From contig CM119372.1 of the NCBI GenBank assembly GCA_051294905.1, positions 15,316,001 through 15,380,000 of the forward strand: a stretch of 64,000 bases of DNA, read 5' to 3'. The notes beneath the pieces are model-generated. The model ran no database searches, was not told where the DNA came from, and saw only the letters and a list, made by a program, of their open reading frames with translations. The stretch is from Botryllus schlosseri (lineage: Eukaryota). The number at the start of each line of letters is the position of its first letter. Position 1 is the first letter of the stretch. Positions 12,601-25,832 of this stretch are shown in pieces. The position numbers and the translations under genes were made by a program.

Positions 12601-14400
12601 ATATCACACTAGGTGAATTGACATATCGCCGCTTGATTAATGCTTAATCCGTTCGCGCCATTTCACACACTTTGATCATTACAAAAGAAAAATTGGAATA
12701 TGTTTGCTAGATGCATTCAATTCAGTTAGAAATGTCTGGTACACAACAATCGTAATATCAATGAAGTACTTGCTACACTGTAATTCACTTAACGTGTTTT
12801 GCATTGTTGTTCATTTGTAGTATTGATTGTTTTTGAACCCCCAAATAATAATTCCCCGACATGAAACCAAACCGCTGAAAGTCGTTACCATCACAACGAA
12901 ACAATTTGTACGATGTTTGCCAAATGTATCCTATAGTTAGGTGTACTAGAATTATTTGTCTAACACATACACCGACAATGCAATCGAAAATTTTTCCGTT
13001 GTCATTCGCTAGAGTAAATGTCATCACAATACTCTGTCACTAAAAGACGTTACTTGTATGTGATTGAATCCCTAACAATTATCTCACTAAACCGAACTCC
13101 AAAGAAATTTTACTCACTCGACGGATATGAAACAGCGTCGCTTAATCGGTCTATATCGTTTTTCTAAAGGTAAATCATATCCATCCAATAGAAAACAATT
13201 TTCACTAGCTTGGTAATGAAACCGAAGTCTTCATTCGATATTTTGTTTGTGTCAAATACTTTGTAATAAACACATTTGAGTGGTTGAGCTTTACATCATC
13301 AAGCTGTTATTTGTAAATCAAGATTTCGGTAAACTTGTAAATGTATCGTTTAACTAACCGACATTTAGTGATTGGCGAACATACCAAACGATACACACCC
13401 ATCTCCGAAATACTGCATTGATCTTAATTTCCACCATCGTGATAATCGAAGTACATTTCTTTCGAATTCGTAACAACCGACTACGACACGATAAATTTTT
13501 TACAAGTTACGCTTAGAAGATTGGTTGCATATCGCGAAAAAAATAATATACCACTCATATTGGTACTGTTACTCCATTGATCGATATTTTCAAACGAGTA
13601 AAATTTATTACTTGAGTTTCTCCGCTTAATGTAAATGAAAACTCAGCCGTCTTTTAACATCACAAAGACATTGATAAAAAGTAGGCAATCAAACACAACA
13701 CTTTGTACGACACTAATTATTGTTCCACACATCTCATTTCATACTAAGTGTACACGAAAGATATTCATGACACATGAAAATATTCGCTCATGCTACGAAC
13801 ATACGCAATGATTGGTGGTGCTTCCAAACTGTTTCGATATCACAAGACCTTTATTGTCTGAATGGGTGTTCATGTATCTTAATAATCAAATAGTTCAACA
13901 CAGAACTAGAACTAGTACTAACAGAAACATCACAGAGTTGTTTACACAAAAGTTTGTATATGTGCACAGTATGCGAATACCATGTGTAAGTCCAGCACAA
14001 TTGCGATATCCATCCGAGTTTAGTTAACACAAATTTATTACAACGGAGCCACGTAAACTTTCGTGAAAGAAAAGCATACTCACTCCCAGAGGGTTATGTC
14101 AATGCCATAGCAGTACCCCAACAACAAAGTACATATGTTTCTAGTCACGGTCCTTACATCTTTCACTTAGATCAGGGGTGGGCAAACTACGGCCCGCGGG
14201 CCGCATGCGGCCCGCCACACCGTTCTGTGCGGCCCGCGAGAGTCTAAAGAAACTTTTTAAAAATATTGATAAAATCCGTACTAAAAATCGAATAAATGCA
14301 GGGACTTCAATAAACTTTTTCTTAGTTTATTTCACCATGATAATTTGAAGACAGTGGCTCTAAAACTGGGGTGCGCCCCCTCGACTGAAAAATTTTTTCG
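9685..14400 (+). repeat. E1 left arm of 4.7-kb inverted repeat
   Basis: Reverse complement of 17648-22375 except a 12-bp deletion near 12042 and a handful of substitutions. Confidence 0.97.
9700..10870 (+). repeat. E1 subterminal patchwork of short repeats (mirrored at about 21190-22360)
   Basis: Recurrent motifs TTCTTATGGG, GGTGAGGTGCC, CGTACTTTCGGGTATAGG, GTGAAAACTCGT; a 69-bp unit duplicated at about 10390-10540. Confidence 0.9.
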
Positions 14401-15268
14401 CGCTTCGCGCGATTCTCGTTCACGTCATGATTGTTGCTGTGTATTTAGTCTAAATTTCATATTGAAAAATTCCTGATCCACATTCGTAACCTTCCGTGCC
14501 ATCTAACTATCTGTTAGGTTTGCTAGCACCCAATAGTTGCGTTTTGTGATATGACGATAAGGGTGGCGCGAAATTTTTCACCATCATAAGGGGGGCGTGT
14601 CTCAAAAAGTTTGAGAGCCACTATTTTAAGGTAAATACTTCCTTACTTTATGTTTAATTTCTGGCGCGACAGCCCGATCTCAAGGCCCACGCAGTTTGAA
14701 AGGTTTCAACTATATATACTAAACATCACAGAAATCCTAAACGAGATTGATGTAACTCGGATAACTCGGATAACTTCAGTTTTAATTATTTCAGTGATGT
14801 GCTTATACAAACGATTTACGCGTGTCTTAGGTAGATTCGTTCTCTGTATGTGTAGAATTGGGGTATTTATATTTTATCCACACATCGTAGATGGGTGTTT
14901 GAAGCTAACATGGTTATGATGCTGTGAGTATTGTGTGTCCTGGAACTGAACCAAAAGTGGAATTAGTAAATCTATGAACAGATCGCTGCTCATAGATTTA
15001 AATTCCAATCCTGTTCTAAGAATCGGGACAACCGATTTTCATCTATATAGTTTTGACAAATTGGTTATTGAAGTCGACCAGCCAATGAAATCTCGCCATG
15101 TTTCTGACGTGTGTACGATATCATCAAAGCAATGTTTGTTTTGTTTTAAATAGGAACATATATAATCTCCATGTCCTCACTATATAATCTCAATTTTATA
15201 CAATGTGGCCCGCGAATGAATTTAGATGTTGAATGCGGCCCGCGAGCTCAAAAGTTTGCCCACCCCTG
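14173..15268. mobile_element. hAT MITE inserted in E1
   Basis: TIR CAGGGGTGGGCAAACT / AGTTTGCCCACCCCTG; perfect TSD ACTTAGAT (14165-14172, 15269-15276); the homologous E2 site (about 36443-36470) is empty. Confidence 0.95.
14352..14623 (-). mobile_element. Small hAT MITE nested in the 14173-15268 MITE; same family as 47515-47834
   Basis: CAGTGGCTCT...AGAGCCACTA ends; reverse complement aligns with 47515-47660; degenerate TSD TTTGAAGA/TTTTAAGG. Confidence 0.8.
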
Positions 15269-16029
15269 ACTTAGATCAATCTACTTTGCTAACGAAAAGT
15301 GCTGAGTCATCACATGATCGCTCTCACAACAAAACAGCTAGTAGATATTATCATTCAAAATATTCCTAACCCTTTACACACCAGTAACAAATCATACAAC
15401 GAATATGTTTTGTGGGTCGAATTGTTGTTCAGTGTCAAGTCTACCTGTTGAAACGTACATTAAAACAACACAGTCACAATCAAATTAAAACCACGAATCT
15501 ATTTTCATTTCCTCGCAAACTGTCACATACAGAAAAATAAATTTAATTTCCCAAAACATACTTGTAACCAATCGCTTTCATTAAACACACAACACCATAA
15601 TAGTATTTACTTTCTACAACATAGACATTCCGGTGTAGTCAAGAAATATTTTTAATAGTCAAAATCATCGACATCTGTTTACGGTGCTAGTGTGTGCATG
15701 TCATACATGTGGGCCCGTATTAAAATGGACACGACACGACTGACTGTAAGGAGATAGAAGTCTATCGCATAGATTTACATGTGGTCTTCGCTACGGTTTC
15801 AAAAAACGAATCATCTCTTTTGCATTGATCTAGACCGAGCAAGTTAGTTAATGACCATGATTGTGTTTGTCATATGTGAATGATAGGGTTACTGTCAAAT
15901 CTACATACAACAATCTTCTGACGATCATAATAGCAATTTCATTTTCCGCCCCTTCATAATTGTACAACTCGGTAACTACGTTTAACAAGACCAATCACAC
16001 TACCAGCGTTGAACACAAGATACCTACCC

Positions 16030-16430
16030 AAGTAAAATTATCATTTTCACCTAGAGGTCCACCGTCACCTAACTAAAATACCATTGTCCTTTGGAGATTT
16101 ATCGTTTACCCAGTGTAACAATCCCCTTTTCACTTGGAAATCTATTTTTGTCCTGGATAACAAACCTTTTTCACTTGGAAATATATTTTTTCTCTTGGTA
16201 ACAAACCTTTTTCACTTGGAAATATATTTTTTCTCTTGGTAACAAACCTTTTTCACTTGGAAATATATTTTTTTTCCCTGAGCAACAAACCATTTTCACT
16301 TGGCGGGTCGTCGTTTACCTTAATAAAAATATCATTTTCCTTTGGAGATCCGGCGTTTACCTAGTGTAACAATAAATTTTCTCTTGGTCATCTAGCTTTT
16401 CCTAGAGTAACAAAACCATTTTCATTTTGA
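16030..16430 (+). repeat. Degenerate 41-bp tandem array in E1
   Basis: Units like AACAAACCTTTTTCACTTGGAAATATATTTTTTCTCTTGGT, about 10 copies. Confidence 0.9.
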
Positions 16431-17647
16431 AATCTGACAAACACACCTGACAATTTGGTATTTGTTGTATTGACGATAGTTTGAAATAGATTACAACGAA
16501 CAGTGACGGAAATATACACGGACTACCGGTTACAGAGTATATACCTCCATCAGTCGTATCACATCAATATCATCGGTTAACCACATACAATATACTCTTG
16601 TACACAGAAATGTATGTTTCGGAAAATTGGACAATAGGCTTCGATAGTTCTGTGATGTCCGGGTTCGTGCTTTGGATTTTCCAGAGTCAAAATGTCTGAA
16701 TAAAACACCTCCTCGACGATGGTTGGTATGTGGATAACGGTGTTCGGAAAACGGTTGGATTTATGTTACCCATCGTGATAACAACTCCAGGTCGAGTTTT
16801 CCCCCCTGCATGTTTACTATATTGTGTCTTTATTGGTCAGTGTATGTCTCGACATTCAGTTTGAAATCGGAAACCCTGATAAAGTACGTAACCGGATCCG
16901 GATATCAACTCTGAATCGATAAACCAATGAACAATATTCAAAGTAAACATGTTACACCCTGTGTTTCCACGAAAAAAAAAAACCATCCACACATACGTCG
17001 CGCTTGTTTGCCCACAACAGTATACGCGTAAATGGAGGTGTGTGACATTGCATGCAATGTGTTGGTATACAAACATCGGGGAGTAAGCCTTCGATCCACA
17101 GACATTATCATAGCCGGTAGTTTTGATGTAGATCGAATGTCATCACACCCGATAACAATGTCATACCAATAAGCCACATTGCAATGACTCTGAGTCAATC
17201 TGAAGCAGGACATACAGACACCGTTCACTGATTTACTCGATTGTTTTATCGCGTTGTAACATTACAAGATAGTCATGACCCTAGCTCCGGACAGACGTCC
17301 CAGATCAATTGGATACATGGGTCAATATCCATCGTGTTGTCGAGACCGAAGTTTTCTGCTGAGACTGCAGCGTTTCACCAATGTGAACTATCGAAGTACG
17401 GTGCTTGAAATGATTGTGATCAGTCTTTCAGTCACGATGCAAGGATGTCGCTACTCCCACATAACGACTCCAGATAAATATCGTGAACAGTGATTCTGAA
17501 AATCTCGGACTGATACTGTGATCCAATAAGGTATGTTTCTGTGGAATGAAGACTGCAATCGTACACCACAATAGAACACTACCTCGCGATTTCACACACA
17601 ATCATAAAACACATCATCGTAAGGGTCCAGTTCGTCCGGCAACATTT

Positions 17648-17875
17648 CGAAAAAATTTTTCAGTGGAGGGGGCGCACCCCAGTTTTAGAACCACTGTCTT
17701 CAAATTATCATGGTGAAATAAACTAAGAAAAAGTTTATTGAAGTCCCTGCATTTATTCGATTTTTAGTACGGATTTTATCAATATTTTTAAAAAGTTTCT
17801 TTAGACTCTCGCGGGCCGCACAGAACGGTGTGGCGGGCCGCATGCGGCCCGCGGGCCGTAGTTTGCCCACCCCTG
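17648..17875 (-). mobile_element. Truncated mirror copy of the nested hAT MITE (one TIR plus one TSD copy)
   Basis: Reverse complement of 14173-14400, followed by ATCTAAGT (reverse complement of the TSD). Confidence 0.95.
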
Positions 17876-20800
17876 ATCTAAGTGAAAGATGTAAGGACCG
17901 TGACTAGAAACATATGTACTTTGTTGTTGGGGTACTGCTATGGCATTGACATAACCCTCTGGGAGTGAGTATGCTTTTCTTTCACGAAAGTTTACGTGGC
18001 TCCGTTGTAATAAATTTGTGTTAACTAAACTCGGATGGATACCGCAATTGTGCTGGACTTACACATGGTATTCGCATACTGTGCACATATACAAACTTTT
18101 GTGTAAACAACTCTGTGATGTTTCTGTTAGTACTAGTTCTAGTTCTGTGTTGAACTATTTGATTATTAAGATACATGAACACCCATTCAGACAATAAAGG
18201 TCTTGTGATATCGAAACAGTTTGGAAGCACCACCAATCATTGCGTATGTTCGTAGCATGAGCGAATATTTTCATGTGTCATGAATATCTTTCGTGTACAC
18301 TTAGTATGAAATGAGATGTGTGGAACAATAATTAGTGTCGTACAAAGTGTTGTGTTTGATTGCCTACTTTTTATCAATGTCTTTGTGATGTTAAAAGACG
18401 GCTGAGTTTTCATTTACATTAAGCGGAGAAACTCAAGTAATAAATTTTACTCGTTTGAAAATATCGATCAATGGAGTAACAGTACCAATATGAGTGGTAT
18501 ATTATTTTTTTCGCGATATGCAACCAATCTTCTAAGCGTAACTTGTAAAAAATTTATCGTGTCGTAGTCGGTTGTTACGAATTCGAAAGAAATGTACTTC
18601 GATTATCACGATGGTGGAAATTAAGATCAATGCAGTATTTCGGAGATGGGTGTGTATCGTTTGGTATGTTCGCCAATCACTAAATGTCGGTTAGTTAAAC
18701 GATACATTTACAAGTTTACCGAAATCTTGATTTACAAATAACAGCTTGATGATGTAAAGCTCAACCACTCAAATGTGTTTATTACAAAGTATTTGACACA
18801 AACAAAATATCGAATGAAGACTTCGGTTTCATTACCAAGCTAGTGAAAATTGTTTTCTATTGGATGGATATGATTTACCTTTAGAAAAACGATATAGACC
18901 GATTAAGCGACGCTGTTTCATATCCGTCGAGTGAGTAAAATTTCTTTGGAGTTCGGTTTAGTGAGATAATTGTTAGGGATTCAATCACATACAAGTAACG
19001 TCTTTTAGTGACAGAGTATTGTGATGACATTTACTCTAGCGAATGACAACGGAAAAATTTTCGATTGCATTGTCGGTGTATGTGTTAGACAAATAATTCT
19101 AGTACACCTAACTATAGGATACATTTGGCAAACATCGTACAAATTGTTTCGTTGTGATGGTAACGACTTTCAGCGGTTTGGTTTCATGTCGGGGAATTAT
19201 TATTTGGGGGTTCAAAAACAATCAATACCACAAATGAACAACAATGCAAAACACGTTAAGTGAATTACAGTGTAGCAAGTACTTCATTGATATTACGATT
19301 GTTGTGTACCAGACATTTCTAACTGAATTGAATGCATCTAGCAAACATATTCCAATTTTTCTTTTGTAATGATCAAAGTGTGTGAAATGGCGCGAACGGA
19401 TTAAGCATTAATCAAGCGGCGATATGTCAATTCACCTAGTGTGATATCTTGACACCGGGAAATGTGCGAAAGTGTTTCAATTCCCACCGCAGATTACGAC
19501 GATAAAGTATTGTACCGGTTATTGTTCAACAAAGAAAATTGTTGTTTCATCTTTAGTCTTGGTTACTGGAGACAATTACATTTGTAAATTATTTCCTGAT
19601 TTCCACAATACGCTGCGTGGTTTTTACGAACACGGCTTAATCTTCCCAATCAAAACATTTCAGACATGTTAATCTAGTTTTACAAATCGATATGTTAATA
19701 ACAATGTTTCTGAAAAGTTTGTTGGTATCGTAATAACCTTCAACACAACCTGGTGTAATAATATCATAATTTAATAATCAAGTCATGATCGACTATTACA
19801 AAATCTCATATGTCAAAATCAATGTGTCAATTCGTGAAAATTTTCAATATAACACCTGCGTTCGATTGTAAGAATTCTCAACTACGTTGGTCAGACATTC
19901 AAATCTCGTATACTCAAATGTAATGTGTTAATCTCAAGTCGCGCGCCAAGTAGTAATTACTTCATCTTACAGTTGAATAAAAAATATGGGATATGGATAC
20001 AACTGAGTTGGTATGTTTGTGGGTTGTAGTGATTACTCGCGTAGTCTTGTCTACTTTTCATACGGACACTTTTTGTTTTGGTTTGGTGAGTTACTACAAA
20101 CGGATTGACTTACCAAGGTTTTTGTATTTTACTCGTTTGTGCATGGCGAGATGTTAAAATGTTGAGTTGTCATAGTGATAGTATTTCTGAAACTCTATTT
20201 TACAAACGGAAACGGAGTCGTGAATAGAGTTGTCAGTTTCAAGGATTGTTTCAAAGTATAATCTTGAAATGTGACTGGGTGAAAGTTGGTAGTCATGTTT
20301 GTCAAACCTATTTCAATTCACGCAATGTCAAAGTCCAAATATTTCATTCTGGATTATTTGGATTTACCTTTAGTACATCCCGCGAATGGATTTAAAGTTG
20401 GCAAATTACCAAAATGATTGAATATTATCGGGTTAGAGATAGTTGGTATTGATTCTATAAGTGTTAAAACAGCGGCGTGGAATGTGTGAATGATCCGATG
20501 CGGGTGAATGTTGGCGTCAGTAATATTCAGGTTACGTTCGATTCAACAGATCGCGTTAATAGGATTTGTCAAAGGATTTGAGTCGGGTCGAATCAATACA
20601 TTCAAATACGATTCAACTTGATTTGTGTAGTGAGTTACATTTCAAGTTGACAAATTGACACATTGATTGAATATTCTCATGATTTGTATCACGCAACTAA
20701 AGTCAACCGCGTTCCGAAGTGTCAAAACATATAGCGACCACCAGAAAGTGTCAAATTGTTGGTTTTCGAATCACCGACTGTGACGGTTCTGTGACAAACT

Positions 20801-22375
20801 AATTACCGAAATATTACCTTGTGAGCGATCGGTATGTCTTTAACACCAAGTCACTAAAAATGGTTATGCCAGAGCCATTATCTTGTTAGCGATCGCGGGA
20901 TTTGCAATCTATTTTACACTTTTTAAGGTGTTAATTTACGAGTGCGGTTATTTGTTGGTCGCTTTTCGTGTCGTTGCTGAATACTGAATACTCCTGCATG
21001 TAATAGTACTGACTGGATTAGTGTAATAATCGATACGATAGTGCGCGCTCGAAATCTTCACAACAGGACGCGTTTCCAAAACGGATGTATTTAGTGGGTC
21101 AGAAATATCAAAACGCGGTCGCGAACATCTGTTTTCCAAAGTCGCACATTGCACTGCGGTTTAGTGAATTTCCTGTTTAGCGATACTCGTGACTATTTAC
21201 TTGATACATATTCAACACCGTGTGAGAGATTCCTATATCCGAAAGTACGATATGCCGTCGCACCCATAAGAAACAATGGCACATCACCAGAGATCCCGTA
21301 AGAATACATGACAGACACATTATCATCGTTAGCATGTCGCCGCGCGTGTACCTAAAAACATTAGCATGCCACCTCCCGGTTTTCACGTTAGCACGCCGCC
21401 TATACCCGAAAGTACGAATCATCGCCGCATCCATAAGACGCAATAGCCGCATGCCGCCCCGCCATAAGACATAAGAGCCGCTTGCGATCCCCGCCATAAG
21501 AAATAAGAGCCGCTTGCGACCCCCGCCATAAGAAATAAGTGCCGCTCGCCACCCCGGGTTTCGTGTTAGCATCAATAGCCGCTCGCCACCCCCGCCATAA
21601 GAAATAAGTGCCGCTCGCCACCCCGGGTTTCGTGTTAGCATCAATAGCCGCTCGCCACCCCCGCCATAAGACGCAATAGCCGCATGCGACCGCACACATA
21701 AGAACACATGGCGAGTCACCACAGATCCCGTGAGAATACACGACAGGCGAATCACCGCCACCGCCTATAGCAAAAAAGGCGAGTCACGACCACGAGTTTT
21801 CACGATATACACATTAACAAAGATTCATTCACATGACTATTTACTTGATACATATTCAACACCGGTCGAGAGATGCCTGAAAGTACGAATCATCACCGCG
21901 TCCATAAGAATAACGATATATCATTGTCGTACTCGCCGTAATTTGGAATATACACATTAACTAAGATCCAATCACATGACTATTTACCATACCTGATACA
22001 TATTCCACACCATGCGAGAGATGCCTATACCCAAAACTACGAATCACGACCGCACCCATAAGAACACATGGCACCTCACCAGAGATCCCATAAGAACACA
22101 TGGCACCTCACCAGAGATCTCGTAAGAAACAATGGCACATCACGAGCGATAGGGGTCTGAAAGTACGACTCACCAACACGAGTTTTCACGACACATCACC
22201 GACGAAGCCTATACCCGAAAGGGTACCATCACCAGAGATCCCATAAGAATACATGGCACCTCACCAGCGGAAGGGGGGGTCAAAAGGGTGCCATCACCAA
22301 TACGAGTTTCGCGGCACCTCACCAGCGGGCCCATAAGAACCCCATAGCCGCATGCGAGCGATCGACTATACTACT
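17648..22375 (-). repeat. E1 right arm of 4.7-kb inverted repeat
   Basis: Mirror coordinate sums are 32060 (outer) and 32048 (inner); the match breaks at 14400/17648. Confidence 0.97.
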
Positions 22376-23352
22376 AACGCTCAAACACCAACATTCAATC
22401 AGAATAGAAAAGAATGATCTCACCGGTTCGCCAAATGAAAAGAACTCTTTGAACCTTTTCTTTTCGTCCTGGTTGCCCTTCGATTGGCCTAATCAAAGAA
22501 TATTACGCGTCAGACGTCATGACATACAAGTAGTGTTGAGAGCACCGCTGGCGACCGATAAAAAAACTTCAGGGATTCGTTGTCAATTTTGGAAGGCCCA
22601 GAATCGAGTCAATTTAACAATGCGGTCAAAATCATAAAAGGTATATATTTGACAAAGCGGTAATCAAAGTAAAGGATGGTTTGCTAGGAGTCGATGATAA
22701 TGATATCGCAGACATGGGCGATGAACTAATTAAGTCGAATCGACTTTAGCTGCTAATAGATTCTATTTTCATGCAAGTTCGGATTCAACATTATTTCGAT
22801 TTCGAATGCTGTAAACATTTGAAAGTCACCTAGAAGCCTCTGCTTTTCGATGATAACGCGAACTCCGGTCTCAATCGATGAAGCCAGTCGTTCTTCAAAT
22901 CCCGTGTGCTCAAACACCTTCAGAGGTTCCACCAGCGTGAGCGTCACATCACTATTCGAAGGCGTTTCTGGAACGTGAATATCAGGCGTTGAAACATTGA
23001 TTTTCAATGCTCAAAATGCAGGGTGAATTCGATCCTCAGTCATGGACGATCGGAAATTCACAGTGTTTGAATAAGGATTGCGTCAAAAGCAGATGCATGA
23101 CAAAGGAAAACTTTACCGACTATTGTGTCCATTGAAATAAACCCGAATATTACGTTTTACGGGTCAGAAATATAATCAATCCGCTCATAAATCTACCAAA
23201 CGAATCCCGCTCACCGGGATAGTAATTCCCTTCCCAAGCTCTGCGGATGCATGGCTGGAAATACTCGTCAGTCGTATTCTCTTTTCGCGGGTATCGAATG
23301 CGAGAATCTGAAAATCGGCATGTAATACCGGCCTAAACGCGTAAAGAGCCTA

Positions 23353-25025
23353 TCAGAAAGACTCACTGAGTCTCTGTGACAGCGACTGCCCCCTCAGAAA
23401 CTTGTAATATCTCCCGTGTGACCTCCTGTCGACTTCTTTCAGCGACAAAGTAATCGATCTTAGGTCTTGCTCCAACTTCTCTCCCTTTCTCTTTTCCTCT
23501 CGCTCTCTCTTTTTCTGCTCCTTTCTCTCTTTTCGACGCTGCTTCTCTACTCTGTCGAAGTCGTCCTCCAATTTCAATTTCACGGGCAACCATTTCTGAG
23601 GCGCCCTAAACACTCTGCTCACAGACAATCCGCTGCTATTGCCAGCCTCTTTTCTTTCTTGTCTCTCCTTCTCCCGCTCCAATTTCAATTGCAATCTGTC
23701 CTCTTTGTCCTGGTTGCGGAGAAACTCCTTAACTATCCTGCTATGTTCTTTACTTTCTTTCTCCTTCATTTTTTCGACGAGCTTCCTTTCTTTCCTTTCC
23801 TTTCTTTTCTGCTTCTTCCTTAGAGCTTTCTCCTCCTTCCGTTCTTTGTATTCCTTCTTTTTGTTTTCTTTATGAATATTTTTCAAGGCTTTCTTGGATT
23901 TCTTTCCGTTCAACTCCAAGTTGAAAGATTGTATTTCCTCGTCACCGTGTTTTTCGTGTAGTTTTGCAGGATACGCTTCATTGTCTGATGATGATGAGCT
24001 TTCTGACGTCTAAAAATAATAGTGAGCACTGACCAACGTCACCTTATCAATAACGCCTGTATAGCAGAGCTAGACAACTAGAAACCTAGACACCTGGTTT
24101 CTCGTCCTGTGGATAGTCGTTTAAAGTATTTATCAGATTGCGGATGATCAAATTACAAGCCCACCAATATTTTCTTATAATTCAAAATGCCCATCATCGT
24201 CGAGTCGCCTTTCTGAATTTCCTTTTCTGGTTTCTCCGGATTGCTGGCAGAACGATTGAACTTTTTGTCGGCTGTTTCGTGAGATATAAGATGTAATTTA
24301 TGTAACTTCTCTTCCAACTTCAAATCGACAGCGTTGTCTGTACTAGAGTGGTTCTGAATATGCAACAAGAGTATTGAATACAGAGTCATATTATAAAGTA
24401 AACGACATAAATTCAATACGAAAAGAAATTACAAAGCATTCCAGTTTTCGCGGGTCCTTCCCAGAGCCTTCCGATTTGAGAATGTCGGAAATATTGACTG
24501 ACTCCGAATCGGAATGTTGCTATTTAAATTGAAACAATTGTGAGATTACTGCCGACAAGAGAAACTTGATGTGGTTCAAAAAGCATACCTGTTCCGGGAT
24601 CGCGATGTTTTTCGCGGATCCCTCCGATTTGAGGATGTCGGAGACATTCAACGACTCCGAATCAGAATGTTGCTATGTAAAATTGAAACCACTGTGAGAT
24701 TACTGAAAAAAAGAGAAACTTGATGAGAATAAGAAAGCACACCTTCTCGGGGATATTCTTTGTCGAATCTTCTGATTTGAGGATATCGGAGATATTTAAC
24801 GACTCCGAATCGGAATTTTGCTATGTAAAATTGAAACCATGTGAGATTACCGCCGAAAAGACAACTTGATGTAAATAAAAAAACATACCTGCTCCAGGGT
24901 GTTCTTTGGTGATTCCTCAGACTTTAGAATATCCGATATCTCAGAGTCGCAGCGCTCAGTGCCATTCTGCAAGAAGACATAAAGCCATGAACTCTACCTA
25001 ACTCATTACCCATATATCATACCAT
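23353..25025 (-). CDS. Uncharacterised spliced gene: four tandem-duplicated acidic exons plus a Lys/Glu/Arg-rich last exon
   Basis: ATG|GT at 25025-25023; phase-0 AG/GT exons 24966-24889, 24820-24743, 24672-24589, 24519-24433; exon starting 24353; terminal exon 24009-23353 (219 codons, contains the 188-aa track ORF). Confidence 0.7.
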
Positions 25026-25074
25026 GTTTAACGTTGCGACCCACCACCAGAAGTGGTCACTGGTAATACAATAC

Positions 25075-25832
25075 CGAGGTAATTCTACTTTTTTAAAATA
25101 CTCATGTAGTTTTCCACCAATTGCAGTATTTAATCAAGCACATCGAATTTCTGCTACTTCTATTTCATAATCTTTTGTGATTTACCTACTTACTTTTCGC
25201 TATTTTCAGTTTGTCAAGTAGAAGTATTATATTCCTTTTCGGACCTGTTTTCACAGAGTATCATCAATAATTTAATTTTCACAAAAGTTGAGTAAAGCCC
25301 AGAATTTTCGTCGCGTTTCGCGCAAAGTAGATATGGAGTGACAGATATGTTTTCGTGGAAGTTTCGGCGAAGATAATTTAGGTGGCGGGTCGCGTGGTTC
25401 TGCACACGCCGCATTGTCGCCCATATGATATGTTTCATCACAGTAAATATGGCTCATAAAAACGCTTGGAACTACCGTTTATCCATCTAGCATCTATACC
25501 TATCGTATCGTAATGCAGCAGCACATGGCGTGTCCTAATCTGGAAAAATGGTCTCTAGCTATAAACCTGTTTTAGTGCACCAGCGTTGAAGCTTTCTCGA
25601 CAAAAGACTTGAAATAATATTTCGCTTCTTAGTAGCATTTGTATTTCTATTTTAATTCACAAGTCTTGTAATTCATTTCATTTTTTTTTATCTGGCGATC
25701 ATATATGACGATTGTTGGCGGTTGAAACCAAATGTAGTATTGCCTTTAGTTTCTGGAAATAGAATTACAGTATGGCGTTTTTACGATCCAATATATCTTA
25801 CTTACTTGAGTAGCTTTCTTGACTACTTTGAC
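25075..25832 (+). mobile_element. Degenerate copy of the CTACTT-rich hAT family (full copy 55460-57252)
   Basis: Shares long blocks with it (TTTTCGCTATTTTCAGTTTGTCAAGTAGAAGT; AAAGTTGAGTAAAGCCCAGAATTTTCGTCGCG; GGCGTGTCCTAATCTGGAAAA). Confidence 0.75.

Larger units (their letters stand above)
9685..22375. mobile_element. E1: giant palindromic non-autonomous Polinton/Maverick-like element (12.7 kb)
   Basis: Ends AGTAGTATAGTCGATCG...CGATCGACTATACTACT; perfect 6-bp TSD AACGCT (9679-9684, 22376-22381); mirrored ORFs in the track; arms 9685-14400 and 17648-22375. Confidence 0.88.

Noticed and set aside
22420..22525. Possible promoter and 5' exon (CCAAT, TGACGT, GTGAG donor on minus strand) that would put E1 in a first intron
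   Set aside because: Short motifs only; cannot be supported without transcript data.
22753..23007. 84-aa minus-strand ORF
   Set aside because: Non-ATG start, an in-frame stop just upstream, no clear acceptor and no recognisable family.
23467..23875. Leu/Phe/Ser-rich plus-strand ORFs
   Set aside because: Antisense shadows of the Lys/Glu-rich exon.
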